Counted from the first letter of the stretch, positions 8,721 to 17,807 are shown. The stretch is DNA of 32,000 nucleotides from Bacillus subtilis subsp. subtilis str. 168 (GCF_000009045.1 NC_000964.3:3960001-3992000); one strand, 5' to 3'. A program made the numbers and translations. The notes: generated by a model not told the origin, from the sequence alone.

Positions 8721-9604
8721 GCGTGCACCACCTTTAGATAGACGTCTTCTAGAGACTCCGTTTTCTGTTCAAAGCGGGTGACGGTCAATCCCTTTCGGAT
8801 ACAGTCACTTAATAATGACCGGCCAGCGTGTATATCAGGCAGCTCGAAAACCGCTTGGGACGGATTCTTATAGACAATAGCTGAGACGTAAGGCTTCTCT
8901 TCAAGCCAACCTTCCAGCTTCTCTTTCACTGAAAGGGTAAAAACGTTCGTTTGCTGCTGTTGTTTCAGCTCCTGTAACTCGCCTTTCCATGAAATCTCAC
9001 CGTTTTTCATAATCACCACTTGATCACACACCTGTTCTGCATCGTGCAAAACATGTGTAGAAAACAGAACGGCCATATGCTTTTTCAGCTCCCGCATCAT
9101 GTCCAGCACCTCGAACCGTCCTGTCGGATCAAGCGCAGACACCGGTTCATCCAATATCAAAAACTTCGGTTTATGGAGCAGTGCCTGTGCCAGACCGAGT
9201 CTTTGTTTCATGCCTCCTGAATAGCCCCCGATCCTTTTGTGCGCCGCTTCGTGCAAACCGACAAATTCCAGCATCTCGCCGATTTTCTCTTGGCATTTTC
9301 TCTTCGAAAGGCCGGACAGTCTCCCCGCAAATGTCAAAAATTCATTTGCGGTCATCCACGAATAAAAAGCAGGATACTGCGGGAGGTACCCAATCAAACG
9401 CCGATCCAGCTTTTTCTCTCCTAACAGCTTTATGGTTCCAGAGGTTGGCGAAAGCAGTCCGGCCAGCATTTGCAGAGTCGTGGTTTTGCCGGCTCCATTA
9501 GGTCCTAATAGTGCGACACACTCATTTTCATTCACGTGAAAACTGACATTCTTTACAGCTTCATGGTGCCTGTACGATTTGCATAATGATTCAATAGACA
9601 GCAT
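8717..9604 (-). CDS. yxlF: ABC transporter ATP-binding protein (295 aa)
   Basis: Walker A GPNGAGKTT, ABC signature YSGGMKQRLGLA and Walker B FLILDEP are all present. Confidence 0.95.
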   Translation of the reverse strand: MLSIESLCKSYRHHEAVKNVSFHVNENECVALLGPNGAGKTTTLQMLAGLLSPTSGTIKLLGEKKLDRRLIGYLPQYPAFYSWMTANEFLTFAGRLSGLSKRKCQEKIGEMLEFVGLHEAAHKRIGGYSGGMKQRLGLAQALLHKPKFLILDEPVSALDPTGRFEVLDMMRELKKHMAVLFSTHVLHDAEQVCDQVVIMKNGEISWKGELQELKQQQQTNVFTLSVKEKLEGWLEEKPYVSAIVYKNPSQAVFELPDIHAGRSLLSDCIRKGLTVTRFEQKTESLEDVYLKVVHA

Positions 9605-9610
9605 ATCGGC

Positions 9611-9799
9611 TTACCTTTGCTTTCTGCCGACGGTGAAAAATAAAATCGGCCCGATAATATTGATACATACGATGATTGCAGCCCACATCCACTTTGGCCC
9701 GTTCGTCCGCTCTTCTTTTATACAGCTGATAAGGGCAAACACCGCCAAAGCCAGCTGTAATACAATCAGCGGCAAAATCATTTCCCAAGAAATATTCAT
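9611..9799 (-). CDS. yxlE: Small two-helix membrane protein with a PLD-N-terminal-like fold, negative regulator of SigY (62 aa)
   Basis: The ORF reads MNISWEMILPLIVLQLALAVFALISCIKEERTNGPKWMWAAIIVCINIIGPILFFTVGRKQR. Its ATG overlaps the yxlD stop (ATGA at 9796-9799). Confidence 0.8.
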   Translation of the reverse strand: MNISWEMILPLIVLQLALAVFALISCIKEERTNGPKWMWAAIIVCINIIGPILFFTVGRKQR

Positions 9800-10002
9800 T
9801 GCTTGATCCCCCTTTTCTTCCGATCCGGCCTAATGACAAAAAAGTAATAACAAATCAGAGGCATCGGTGCTTGAATCAATCCGACAATCCCCCAAACCCA
9901 TGCCATGTGATTACGTTTTTTCGCATCAATAAATAAAAAGATTCCCTGCGCCAATACGATGAGACAAGCCGCAACCGTTATGATAATTTCTGTTTGTGTC
10001 AT
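9796..10002 (-). CDS. yxlD: Small two-helix membrane protein, paralogous to YxlE (68 aa)
   Basis: I moved the start from 10020 to the ATG at 10002, which overlaps the yxlC stop (ATGA at 9999-10002). It has the same layout as YxlE: helix 1, a basic loop, W-x-W, helix 2, and a basic tail. Confidence 0.8.
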   Translation of the reverse strand: MTQTEIIITVAACLIVLAQGIFLFIDAKKRNHMAWVWGIVGLIQAPMPLICYYFFVIRPDRKKRGIKQ

Positions 10003-10319
10003 CCGCGTTTCACCTCGCATTCGCCGAGATGCCTTTTTTTCTCAGCCGCAATCAAAATCGGCAGCACCGCAAGCACACAAACCTGAAGCACAATAAACAC
10101 AGCAGGAGCTTGAGTGAAAGCTAAGATTGCAGCACTCACAACCATCAGCGCGCAGAATACAAATAAAATGATCTCTTGAAGAAGTTTTTTTCTGTATTCA
10201 GCTTTCATTTGTGACAGCTGGTGAAGCAGTTCTTTTTGATTCGGTATAGAGGGATTGGCTGTTTGATCAATTTTTTTCCATTCTGACTTTAAATGATCAG
10301 AAAGCTTTTCTTTATTCAT
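9999..10319 (-). CDS. yxlC: Membrane-anchored putative anti-sigma factor for SigY, cysteine-free N-terminal domain (106 aa)
   Basis: Two adjacent ATGs lie at 10322 and 10319. The SD AAAGGAG is 7 nt from the second and only 4 nt from the first, so I chose 10319. The gene overlaps the sigY stop (10312-10314) by 8 nt. It has a charged N-terminal half followed by two hydrophobic helices. Confidence 0.8.
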
Positions 10320-10848
10320 CATCCCACTCCTTTCTGATTTGCTGGAGCCCTTTATGAACTCTGGACTTTACAGTGCCTTCTTTGATTTGAAGCATCACCC
10401 CGATTTCAGCGTAGGTATAGCCGTAGTAATGCCTTAATAAAACCGGTGTGCGCAGTTTAGGGTCCAGCTTTGAAAACAGATCGAGCGTTTCGCTCCACTC
10501 TGCCCCTTTCGCCGACACGTCCCACTTGATCTTGCGGATTGTTTCCTCCGTAACTGTCTGATTCCGTTTCCATTCTCTCTTTCTCTTTTTCTGGTGATCG
10601 AGATAGAGCCGCGATGCAATGGAGATCAGCCATGTGGAGAATTTTGAACGGCCCTGAAAGCTTCTTAAATGGATGTACCCTTTCAGAAAGGTTTCCTGAA
10701 CAAGTTCCTCGCTGAGATCGGGGTGAAGGGAAAGCTTTAACAAGTATTTATATAAGAAAGAATAGTGATAGTGGAAAAGGGCTGTAAACGCCTCGTCGTT
10801 TCCCTCTTTCGCCTGCTGGATCAGCCGCTGTTCTTCTTGTGTATCCAA
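10312..10848 (-). CDS. sigY: ECF-type RNA polymerase sigma factor (178 aa)
   Basis: Sigma-70 region 2 ([28 protein letters not shown]) and region 4 ([27 protein letters not shown]) are present. The first codon is TTG at 10848. Confidence 0.95.
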
Positions 10849-10887
10849 TGACCGTGATCCCCCCTTTTTTGTTTTTCTGCCTTATGA

Positions 10888-10913
10888 GACGACACCGGAT
10901 TCAAAAGCGTTCA
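10888..10913 (-). promoter_or_regulatory. SigY-dependent autoregulatory promoter of the sigY operon
   Basis: The minus strand reads TGAACG (10913-10908), a 16-nt spacer, then CGTC (10891-10888). This matches the ECF-type TGAACG-N16-17-CGTC motif reported for SigY. It lies about 40 nt upstream of the sigY start. Confidence 0.75.
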
Positions 10914-11059
10914 TCTTTTTTACAATTCTTTTCAGCCATTGACAGATCAGGCTTCCCGGCCGTTTGGCTGCATATCCTTATTTGTAAACCCCCTTATAGT
11001 CTGTTAAGCTATGACTTTATGTCGATTTCAAAAAAACATCCAATATGGAGGACGATGCA

Positions 11060-12433
11060 TTGAAAGTAGAAAGGCGAACGATTGAATATATTCCGAATGA
11101 AGAAAGACATGGTAAAGCGAAAGATTTATTTCCCGTATGGTTCGGGGCTAATATGCATATCACCACGTTAGTGACCGGCACGATTCCCGTTGCAATGGGA
11201 CTTAATCTGTTTTGGAGTGTTGCCGCTATTATTTGCGGAACCTTAATCGGTGCCATATTTATGGCTTCTCATTCCGCGCAAGGCCCTCAGCTAGGCATCC
11301 CGCAAATGATTCAAAGCCGTGCCCAATTCGGCGTAATCGGAGCGATTCTTCCCCTCTTCTTAGTCATGTTTATCTACCTTGGTTTCTTCGCAAGCAGCAC
11401 GATTCTGGCGGCCGGAACCTTAAGCAGCTTTGTTCCCATCCCGGGATCATGGAGCATTATAGGCTTAAGTGCCGTATGTTTTTTACTCACCATTTTCGGC
11501 CATGATTTGATTCACAAAATGCAAAAAATCCTTTCTTGGACCTCTTTTGCTGTATTTTTTGCTGCAACGATTCTCATTTTTCAATTGCCGATTCCGGCAG
11601 GCAGCTGGATACCCGGAGCGATTGATCTGCCAATTTTCCTAGTGGCAGTCAGCGCAGTTGCGACGTGGCAGCTTGCCTACGCGCCGTATGTTGCCGATTA
11701 TTCAAGATATCTGCCAGTTAAAACACCGGCTTCAAAAACATTTTGGTACAGCTATGCAGGTACATCTGTCAGCTCCATCTGGATGATGCTGCTCGGCGCA
11801 TTGCTGACAACCTCACTTCCTGACTTTACGGCAAACTCAGGCAGCCAGATTGTCCAATTGTTCGGTCCCTTCTCGTTTATTATGCTGATCATTGTGCTAT
11901 TTGGGCAAATGGCAATCAATGTTTTTAACCTGTATGGGGCTTTCATGTCCACGACAACAACGCTGGAGCCGTTTCTGAAATTAAAAGTCACGCCCAAAGT
12001 CAGAATCATCATGATCCTGGGTGTCACGCTTGTCGGCACAGTCTTAAGCCTACTGGGACAGAGCAATTTTATGGAACTGTTTTTGAATTTTATCTTTTTC
12101 ATCAGTTATTTCTTAATTCCGTGGACGGCAATCAATTTAGTCGATTACTACTTCGTCCGCCACGGAAAGTATCAAGTCAAAGCCATGTTCGACGTAAACG
12201 GGCCTTATGGAAAGGTCAATTGGATCACCACAATTGCGTTCGTTCTGTCTATCTTGCTGGAAATTCCGTTTATCAACACAAGCTTTTACATCGGACCGCT
12301 TGCCAAAATGTTTGGCGGCGGAGACATCGCATGGATTATCGGCTTGGCCGTGCCTTCTGTGCTTTACTATGTATTAATGAAACCGCGTCTGAAAAAACGG
12401 GCGGGGTATCAAGAAAAGCTGTCTTCTCTCTGA
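11060..12433 (+). CDS. yxlA: NCS1 (purine-cytosine/nucleobase:cation symporter-1) family permease (457 aa)
   Basis: This is a 12-helix membrane ORF with NCS1-like character. The ORF-track ATG at 11045 is itself part of the SD (TGGAGGA). I chose the TTG at 11060, which lies 9 nt after GGAGG. Confidence 0.88.
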   Translation: MKVERRTIEYIPNEERHGKAKDLFPVWFGANMHITTLVTGTIPVAMGLNLFWSVAAIICGTLIGAIFMASHSAQGPQLGIPQMIQSRAQFGVIGAILPLFLVMFIYLGFFASSTILAAGTLSSFVPIPGSWSIIGLSAVCFLLTIFGHDLIHKMQKILSWTSFAVFFAATILIFQLPIPAGSWIPGAIDLPIFLVAVSAVATWQLAYAPYVADYSRYLPVKTPASKTFWYSYAGTSVSSIWMMLLGALLTTSLPDFTANSGSQIVQLFGPFSFIMLIIVLFGQMAINVFNLYGAFMSTTTTLEPFLKLKVTPKVRIIMILGVTLVGTVLSLLGQSNFMELFLNFIFFISYFLIPWTAINLVDYYFVRHGKYQVKAMFDVNGPYGKVNWITTIAFVLSILLEIPFINTSFYIGPLAKMFGGGDIAWIIGLAVPSVLYYVLMKPRLKKRAGYQEKLSSL

Positions 12434-12447
12434 AGACAGCTTTTTTA
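12416..12447. terminator. Hairpin terminator shared by the convergent genes yxlA and yxkO
   Basis: AAGCTGTCTTC (12416-12426) pairs with GAAGACAGCTT (12432-12442), giving an 11-bp stem. A T-run follows on the plus strand (12441-12446). The yxlA stop TGA (12431-12433) spans the loop/stem junction. The U-tract on the minus-strand side is weak. Confidence 0.7.
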
Positions 12448-13278
12448 TCATTCAAATCGTTTCCACACGCGGGGCAGGATGTCAGATAGCTCATGAGCGA
12501 GCAACGTATGAGCGGAGTGCTCGTCCGTCCAGAGCTCGGCGCACGCACCATGCAAATAGACCGCGTTTAATACGGCGTGCTTTGGATCTTCATGGCAGCA
12601 GAGCATCCCCAATATCATGCCCGTCAGCGTGTCACCGGTTCCGCCCTTGGCGAGCGCCCCGTTTCCGGTTGGATTGAGCCAGCAGTCTCCATCAGGAAAC
12701 GCGATGACGGTTTGGTTTCCTTTTAACACAATGACAGTCTGCAGCTGAGCCGCCCATTCCTTTGCATATTCCGCTCTTTTTTTCTGCAATTCGTTCACGG
12801 GCACCCCTGTCATTCGGAAAAACTCGCCCGGGTGCGGCGTGAGGATGACGGGGCCCTCCCGTTTCGGATATGTGCGCTTCGCCAGCGCTCCGGCATCCAA
12901 AATAACAGGACAATCAGCCGTAAGCACATGATCGACTGCCTGCTGTACGCTTTCCGTTTGCGGAAGGCCCGGTCCGATGGCAATGGCCCGGTACGTCTCT
13001 TCAAGCTGAGCATCCGCCGCCTTTTTCCAGCCGTCACGCCAATAGGTCGCCTCGGGCAAAACAGGAACAATTAGCGGGATTACGTTTTCTGATGTACCGA
13101 TGACAAGCTTGCCGAGACCGCTCCGCATGGCCCCAAGCCCTGCAAGCAGCGCTGCTCCCGGCATGTCGTCACTTCCAGCCAGCAGCAAAGCCGTACCGTA
13201 CGTGCCTTTATGGCTCTCCGCATCTCTTTCAGGAAGCGTGGCCCTTACATGCTCTTCCGTCCAAAATGGAACATTCAT
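12448..13278 (-). CDS. yxkO: ADP-dependent NAD(P)H-hydrate dehydratase (YjeF C-terminal / carbohydrate-kinase fold, 276 aa)
   Basis: Family motifs are present: GTYGTALLLAGSDDMPGAALLAG and the C-terminal GGTGDTLTGMI. An SD GGAGGG lies 6 nt before the ATG at 13278. Confidence 0.9.
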   Translation of the reverse strand: MNVPFWTEEHVRATLPERDAESHKGTYGTALLLAGSDDMPGAALLAGLGAMRSGLGKLVIGTSENVIPLIVPVLPEATYWRDGWKKAADAQLEETYRAIAIGPGLPQTESVQQAVDHVLTADCPVILDAGALAKRTYPKREGPVILTPHPGEFFRMTGVPVNELQKKRAEYAKEWAAQLQTVIVLKGNQTVIAFPDGDCWLNPTGNGALAKGGTGDTLTGMILGMLCCHEDPKHAVLNAVYLHGACAELWTDEHSAHTLLAHELSDILPRVWKRFE

Positions 13279-13308
13279 CTCTATCCCTCCTCTGCTTTCT
13301 TTTCCTAT

Positions 13309-13335
13309 TTTTCCTGTCCCTTTTCTTTTTCAAAC
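13309..13335 (-). promoter_or_regulatory. Weak SigB-like promoter candidate for yxkO
   Basis: The minus strand reads GTTTGA (13335-13330), 15 nt, then GGAAAA (13314-13309). The spacer is at the long end of the accepted range and the -10 is imperfect. The -35 abuts the U-tract of the cydD terminator. Confidence 0.3.
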
Positions 13336-13363
13336 AAAAAAGACAGCCTTTTAGGGCTGTCTT
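13332..13363 (-). terminator. Intrinsic terminator of cydABCD
   Basis: The minus-strand RNA forms AAGACAGCC-CUAAAA-GGCUGUCUU (9-bp stem) followed by UUUUUGUUU. It starts immediately after the cydD stop (13364-13366). Confidence 0.75.
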
Positions 13364-15091
13364 TTATTTTACAGGAACATCAAGGTGATACAGGCGGCGA
13401 TATCGTTCGTTTGCCGCCAGCAGCTCCTCATGGGTTCCTTCCATTTCTGTTTTGCCGTTTTCGAGAAATACGATTTTATCGGCTGCTTCCACTCCCGCGA
13501 GATGGTGTGTAATCCATAAAATCGTTTTTCCTTTCAGCACCTCAAACACCGTTTCCATCAATTCACGTTCGGTAATAGGATCGAGGCCGACTGTTGGCTC
13601 ATCGAGGATGATGATCGGTGTATCCTGCAGCAAAATCCTCGCAAGTGCGATCCGCTGGCGCTCTCCACCGGAAAAACGGATGCCGGTTTCTTGTACAGAG
13701 GTATGATATCCGTCAGGCAATGACTCAATGTAGTCATGCAGCTTGACCTGCTTTGCGGCGCGGCGCACATCCTCGTCGCTTGCTTCTCCGTTTCCGAGCC
13801 TGATGTTGTTCAAAATGCTTGTATCAAACAGGTGCGGTTTTTGATTTAACACGGCCACCGCATCCGCAATCTGATCCTTTAACAGCGCTGTCTCCACTCC
13901 GTTTAACGTCACAGAACCGGAGTCCGGTTTCAAGGCGCCTTCGATTAATGCAAGCGATGTTGATTTCCCAGAGCCGCTTCGGCCGAGCAGCGCCATTTTT
14001 TCTCCTTGGCGCAGCGTAAAGGAAAAGTTGTGCAGCACTTGGCTGCTGTTGTCATAAGAAAACGTCACATCACGAAAGGCCAAGGTGACATCTTGAAGAT
14101 CGAGAATTTGATCCCCTGATTCAGTTTGTGACGCCTCCGGCTGAGGAGCCACATTGTTCATGCGTCTGATAGAATCCTGATAGCCCGGCACTTCGCCTAA
14201 GGCATCCGAAAGCGGCAAAAAGGCTTCCGTCAACGGAAACACCACTAGCACAAAAGCGGCAATCATCGTTTTAGCGAGCTCGCCGTCCGCTTGCTGTCCC
14301 GCTGTCCAAAACAGCATCAGCAAAATAAGGCCAGCGACAAGGCATTGCGCAGCAAAGTCCCGCCATCTTGTAAAGCGTTGTTTTTTCCGTTCAAGCTCAA
14401 ACCAATCACGTTCCTCTTTTTCATAAGCATCAATAAAAGCATGCCGGCGTCCGCTGAACATCCAGTCGCTGACACCCATCACAGCATCTGTCAGACGGCT
14501 GTACAGCACATTCCGTCCGCTTTTCAGCTTCGCATTCTTCGCTCTCGTCACGAGCAAAGACACAACCGGAAACAATACAACAAGAACAAACAAATACAGC
14601 GCAAGCAATATGGCAAACGGCCAAGAGAAGAAGCCGAGCGCTATCACTGACACAGCATACAGGAGCAAGGCTGAGATCGCAGGAAAAATCGTTTTTAAGA
14701 AAGCATCCTGCAAATGCTCAATATCCTCAGACAAAATGCCGAGCATATCCCCCGTGCGAAAACGGGAACGCAGCATCAAAGCACCCGGCTCAAGCATATT
14801 GTAAAGGCGGACGCGCATGTCAGATACGATTTTCAAAATGATGTGATGGCCGACGAGCCGTTCCACATATCGCGACACAGAGCGCGCAATCCCAAAGGTG
14901 CGCACAGCGACAATCGGCACATAAATGAGCAGAATGTTTTCCGGCCTTGTCGCCGCTTTAGAAATCAAAAAACCTGAGGTGAACATGAGAAAAGCAGCAG
15001 AAAAAATCGTCACCGCACCCAAAAAGATAACCAGAACGAACAGGCGGGCATTTTGCTTGATATACGGCAAAATCCATTCTTCTTTCTTCAT
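13364..15091 (-). CDS. cydD: ABC transporter (fused permease-ATPase) required for cytochrome bd assembly (575 aa)
   Basis: Walker A GRSGSGKST, signature FSGGERQRIALAR and Walker B IIILDEP are present, with an N-terminal 6-helix domain. The ATG overlaps the cydC stop (ATGA at 15088-15091). Confidence 0.95.
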   Translation of the reverse strand: MKKEEWILPYIKQNARLFVLVIFLGAVTIFSAAFLMFTSGFLISKAATRPENILLIYVPIVAVRTFGIARSVSRYVERLVGHHIILKIVSDMRVRLYNMLEPGALMLRSRFRTGDMLGILSEDIEHLQDAFLKTIFPAISALLLYAVSVIALGFFSWPFAILLALYLFVLVVLFPVVSLLVTRAKNAKLKSGRNVLYSRLTDAVMGVSDWMFSGRRHAFIDAYEKEERDWFELERKKQRFTRWRDFAAQCLVAGLILLMLFWTAGQQADGELAKTMIAAFVLVVFPLTEAFLPLSDALGEVPGYQDSIRRMNNVAPQPEASQTESGDQILDLQDVTLAFRDVTFSYDNSSQVLHNFSFTLRQGEKMALLGRSGSGKSTSLALIEGALKPDSGSVTLNGVETALLKDQIADAVAVLNQKPHLFDTSILNNIRLGNGEASDEDVRRAAKQVKLHDYIESLPDGYHTSVQETGIRFSGGERQRIALARILLQDTPIIILDEPTVGLDPITERELMETVFEVLKGKTILWITHHLAGVEAADKIVFLENGKTEMEGTHEELLAANERYRRLYHLDVPVK

Positions 15092-16791
15092 GCTCTTTCC
15101 CCCAGTTGTGCCTTCACGAGTTTGGTATACACACCGTTTTTCTCCAGCAGTTCATTGTGAGTCCCAATTTCCGCAACCCTGCCCCCGTCAAGCACGATAA
15201 TTTCGTCCATATCGAGCATCCAGTGAAGGCGGTGAGTCGCGAGAAAGACGAGCTTATCCTCAAATAAATCCAGCATCGTTTCTTTTATTTCATATTCTGT
15301 TTCGATATCAAGATGGGCGGTCGGCTCATCCAGCAGCAGGATCGGACGGTTTCCCAAAAAGGCGCGGGCCAGCGCGACACGCTGTGCCTGGCCGCCGCTG
15401 AGCGCCCGGCCGCCTTCCCCGATCCGCCCCTCTAATCCGTCAGGAAGGTTGTTCACCAGCTCCGTCAGTCCCGCTGAGGCAGCAGCACGTGTTGTATCCT
15501 CTGCCGAAGCGCTTGGATGGTAGAAGCGAATGTTGTTGCCAAGCGTATCATCAAAAATGTACGGATGCTGGGGAATGTAAAGAAGGTTCTTCTGCCAGCT
15601 GCCGTCCTGCAAATGGGACCGGCTTGTACCATTAACCTCAATCATCCCGCCATCCGGCTCTAAAAATCCGCCGAGAATATCAATTAATGTTGATTTTCCG
15701 GCGCCGCTTGCACCGATAATGCCGATTTTTTTCTTGCCTTTGAATGAGAGATGAATATCAGACACCGAACGGCCGACTGACACGCCTGACAGCTTCAGCT
15801 CATCCTGATCGGACCAAGCTTCGAGCTGAAGCGGCGTCTCTTCTTTAAAACCAGGCTGCGACAAAATCTCTTGAATGGTTTTTCCTGCTTCCTGGCCGTT
15901 CAGCGTTGCATGATAATCATTCCCCACTTCCCGCACCGGCAAAAAATACTCAGGCGCCAGAATAAGCGCCGTTAAAGCAGGGCCAAGCAAAATATCGCCG
16001 TCAATGAGGCGCAGGCCCAGAAATACTGCGACTGTCGCCACCGACAGCATCGTGAAAAAATCGAGGGCGAATGATGACAAAAACGCCACCCGGAGTGTGC
16101 TCATCGTTGCCTTGCGATACCGCTCACTCACATAGAAAATATTTTTGCTGTGTGACTTGCTCAAACCTAGGAAACGCAATGTCTCCAGCCCGCGAAGAGA
16201 ATCAACAAAATGATTGGAAAGTCTCTGATAGGATTTCCACTGACGATCCGCTTTTCTCTGCGCGACAAGGCCGAGGAGAATCATAAAGATGATCAGAATC
16301 GGCATAGCAGCGACTAAAATGATGGCTGATGTCCGATCCTGAAAAAACACATAAATGACAACTGCCGCAGGCACAATCGCCATGCTGACCATTTTCGGCA
16401 GAAACAGCTCCAGGTAGCGGCGGAACTGGCTGATGCCTTCCATCGCCAGCGTCACCATTTGCCCCGTCCCCTCTTTCTTTGCAAAGCGGGGGCCTAATCG
16501 GAACAGCTGATCAAGAAAACTTTTCCTCAAATCTGCTCCTGTCCGGGCGGCGTATTGATAGACGATTTTCTGTCGCGCCACCGTCATCCCGTGCCGGGCG
16601 ATAAAAGCGATGAGGAAAAAGCCGATCACCGGTAAAAGGGAGGTAATGCCCTTCCCGTTGAACAGTCCGGTTACGGCCTCACTCAGCCACTCTGCCTGCA
16701 TAATAATGGCGGCTGTCTGAATCAACGTTAAACAAGTAATCAAGGTGAGAATCCGCTTCATTCCTTTATATCGAAACAGGTCTTTTCCCAT
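15088..16791 (-). CDS. cydC: ABC transporter (fused permease-ATPase) required for cytochrome bd assembly (567 aa)
   Basis: Walker A GASGAGKST, signature LSGGQAQRVALAR and Walker B ILLLDEP are present. The ATG shares one base with the cydB stop (TAATG at 16789-16793). Confidence 0.95.
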   Translation of the reverse strand: MGKDLFRYKGMKRILTLITCLTLIQTAAIIMQAEWLSEAVTGLFNGKGITSLLPVIGFFLIAFIARHGMTVARQKIVYQYAARTGADLRKSFLDQLFRLGPRFAKKEGTGQMVTLAMEGISQFRRYLELFLPKMVSMAIVPAAVVIYVFFQDRTSAIILVAAMPILIIFMILLGLVAQRKADRQWKSYQRLSNHFVDSLRGLETLRFLGLSKSHSKNIFYVSERYRKATMSTLRVAFLSSFALDFFTMLSVATVAVFLGLRLIDGDILLGPALTALILAPEYFLPVREVGNDYHATLNGQEAGKTIQEILSQPGFKEETPLQLEAWSDQDELKLSGVSVGRSVSDIHLSFKGKKKIGIIGASGAGKSTLIDILGGFLEPDGGMIEVNGTSRSHLQDGSWQKNLLYIPQHPYIFDDTLGNNIRFYHPSASAEDTTRAAASAGLTELVNNLPDGLEGRIGEGGRALSGGQAQRVALARAFLGNRPILLLDEPTAHLDIETEYEIKETMLDLFEDKLVFLATHRLHWMLDMDEIIVLDGGRVAEIGTHNELLEKNGVYTKLVKAQLGERA

Positions 16792-17807
16792 TAATAAGTC
16801 ATAGGCTCCTTATGGCTGACGCGCTTCCGGAAGACATAATAGCTCCAGATCTGGCTGCCGATGACGAACGGCAATAGCGTTAATGCTGCAATTGACATGA
16901 CTTTAAGCGAATAATCTCCAGAAGAAGCGTTAGCTACTGTTAAATCGTATGCGCTATGAAGCGAGCTGACCATTACACGAGGGAATAGGGAAATAAAGAT
17001 CATTCCCACGGTCAGCGCCAGACCAGCGCCTGTCATCCCAAATGTCCAGCCGTCTTTTTTCTTACGAATAAATACAGCCGCGAGCATAAAGCAGATGACA
17101 ATCAAAACAGCGAGCGGAATGGTAATCTCGCCGCGGCGTGTAAACATGTCTGTCTGATACGCAGAAAGGGCCGCGAAGGCAAGAACCGCTACAAAAACAA
17201 CACCCATTATCTTTTGCGCCATTTTCCGGGCGCGGTTTTGCAAATCACCAATCGTACGCAGCGTGATAAACATTAATCCATGCTGGAAGCAAAGAAGCGT
17301 TACCGTCACACCGCCAAGTATAGAATATACATTGATATAATCAGATACATGTGCGTGAATGTTCATGTCGGCATCAATCGGCATCCCGCGGAATAATGTC
17401 GTGAACAGCACACCAAGCACAAACGGAGGAATTAGACTGCCGAAAAAAACGACCCAGTCCCAAACCTTTACCCATTTTAAATGATCCACCTTGCCGCGGA
17501 ACTCAAACGCGACCCCGCGGCCCATTAACGCAAGCAGCACTATGACAAACGGAATGTAATAACCGCTCAGCATCGTTGCATACCAGTTTGGGAATGCCGC
17601 GAAAATGGCGCCTGCGCCAGTCAAAAGCCACACTTCATTCGCGTCCCAGAACGGCCCGATCGTGTTGATCAGCACTCTGCGTTCTAATTCATTATGGCCA
17701 AGAAAACGGGTCGCCATGCCGACCCCGAAATCAAAGCCTTCCAAAAAGAAGAATCCTACAAACAATACAGCAACGAGTATAAACCAAAGATCATGAAGAG
17801 ATGCCAT
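16791..17807 (-). CDS. cydB: Cytochrome bd ubiquinol/menaquinol oxidase subunit II (338 aa)
   Basis: This is a polytopic membrane ORF. I moved the start from 17918 to the ATG at 17807, preceded by SD AGGAGG 7-8 nt upstream. It overlaps the cydA 3' end by 17 nt. Confidence 0.93.
   Translation of the reverse strand: MASLHDLWFILVAVLFVGFFFLEGFDFGVGMATRFLGHNELERRVLINTIGPFWDANEVWLLTGAGAIFAAFPNWYATMLSGYYIPFVIVLLALMGRGVAFEFRGKVDHLKWVKVWDWVVFFGSLIPPFVLGVLFTTLFRGMPIDADMNIHAHVSDYINVYSILGGVTVTLLCFQHGLMFITLRTIGDLQNRARKMAQKIMGVVFVAVLAFAALSAYQTDMFTRRGEITIPLAVLIVICFMLAAVFIRKKKDGWTFGMTGAGLALTVGMIFISLFPRVMVSSLHSAYDLTVANASSGDYSLKVMSIAALTLLPFVIGSQIWSYYVFRKRVSHKEPMTY

Noticed and set aside
11017-11256. A 79-aa minus-strand ORF spanning the yxlA start region in the sigY-yxlA divergent gap.
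   Set aside because: It overlaps the well-supported yxlA N-terminus in antisense and has no SD. The SigY promoter points the other way, from 10913.
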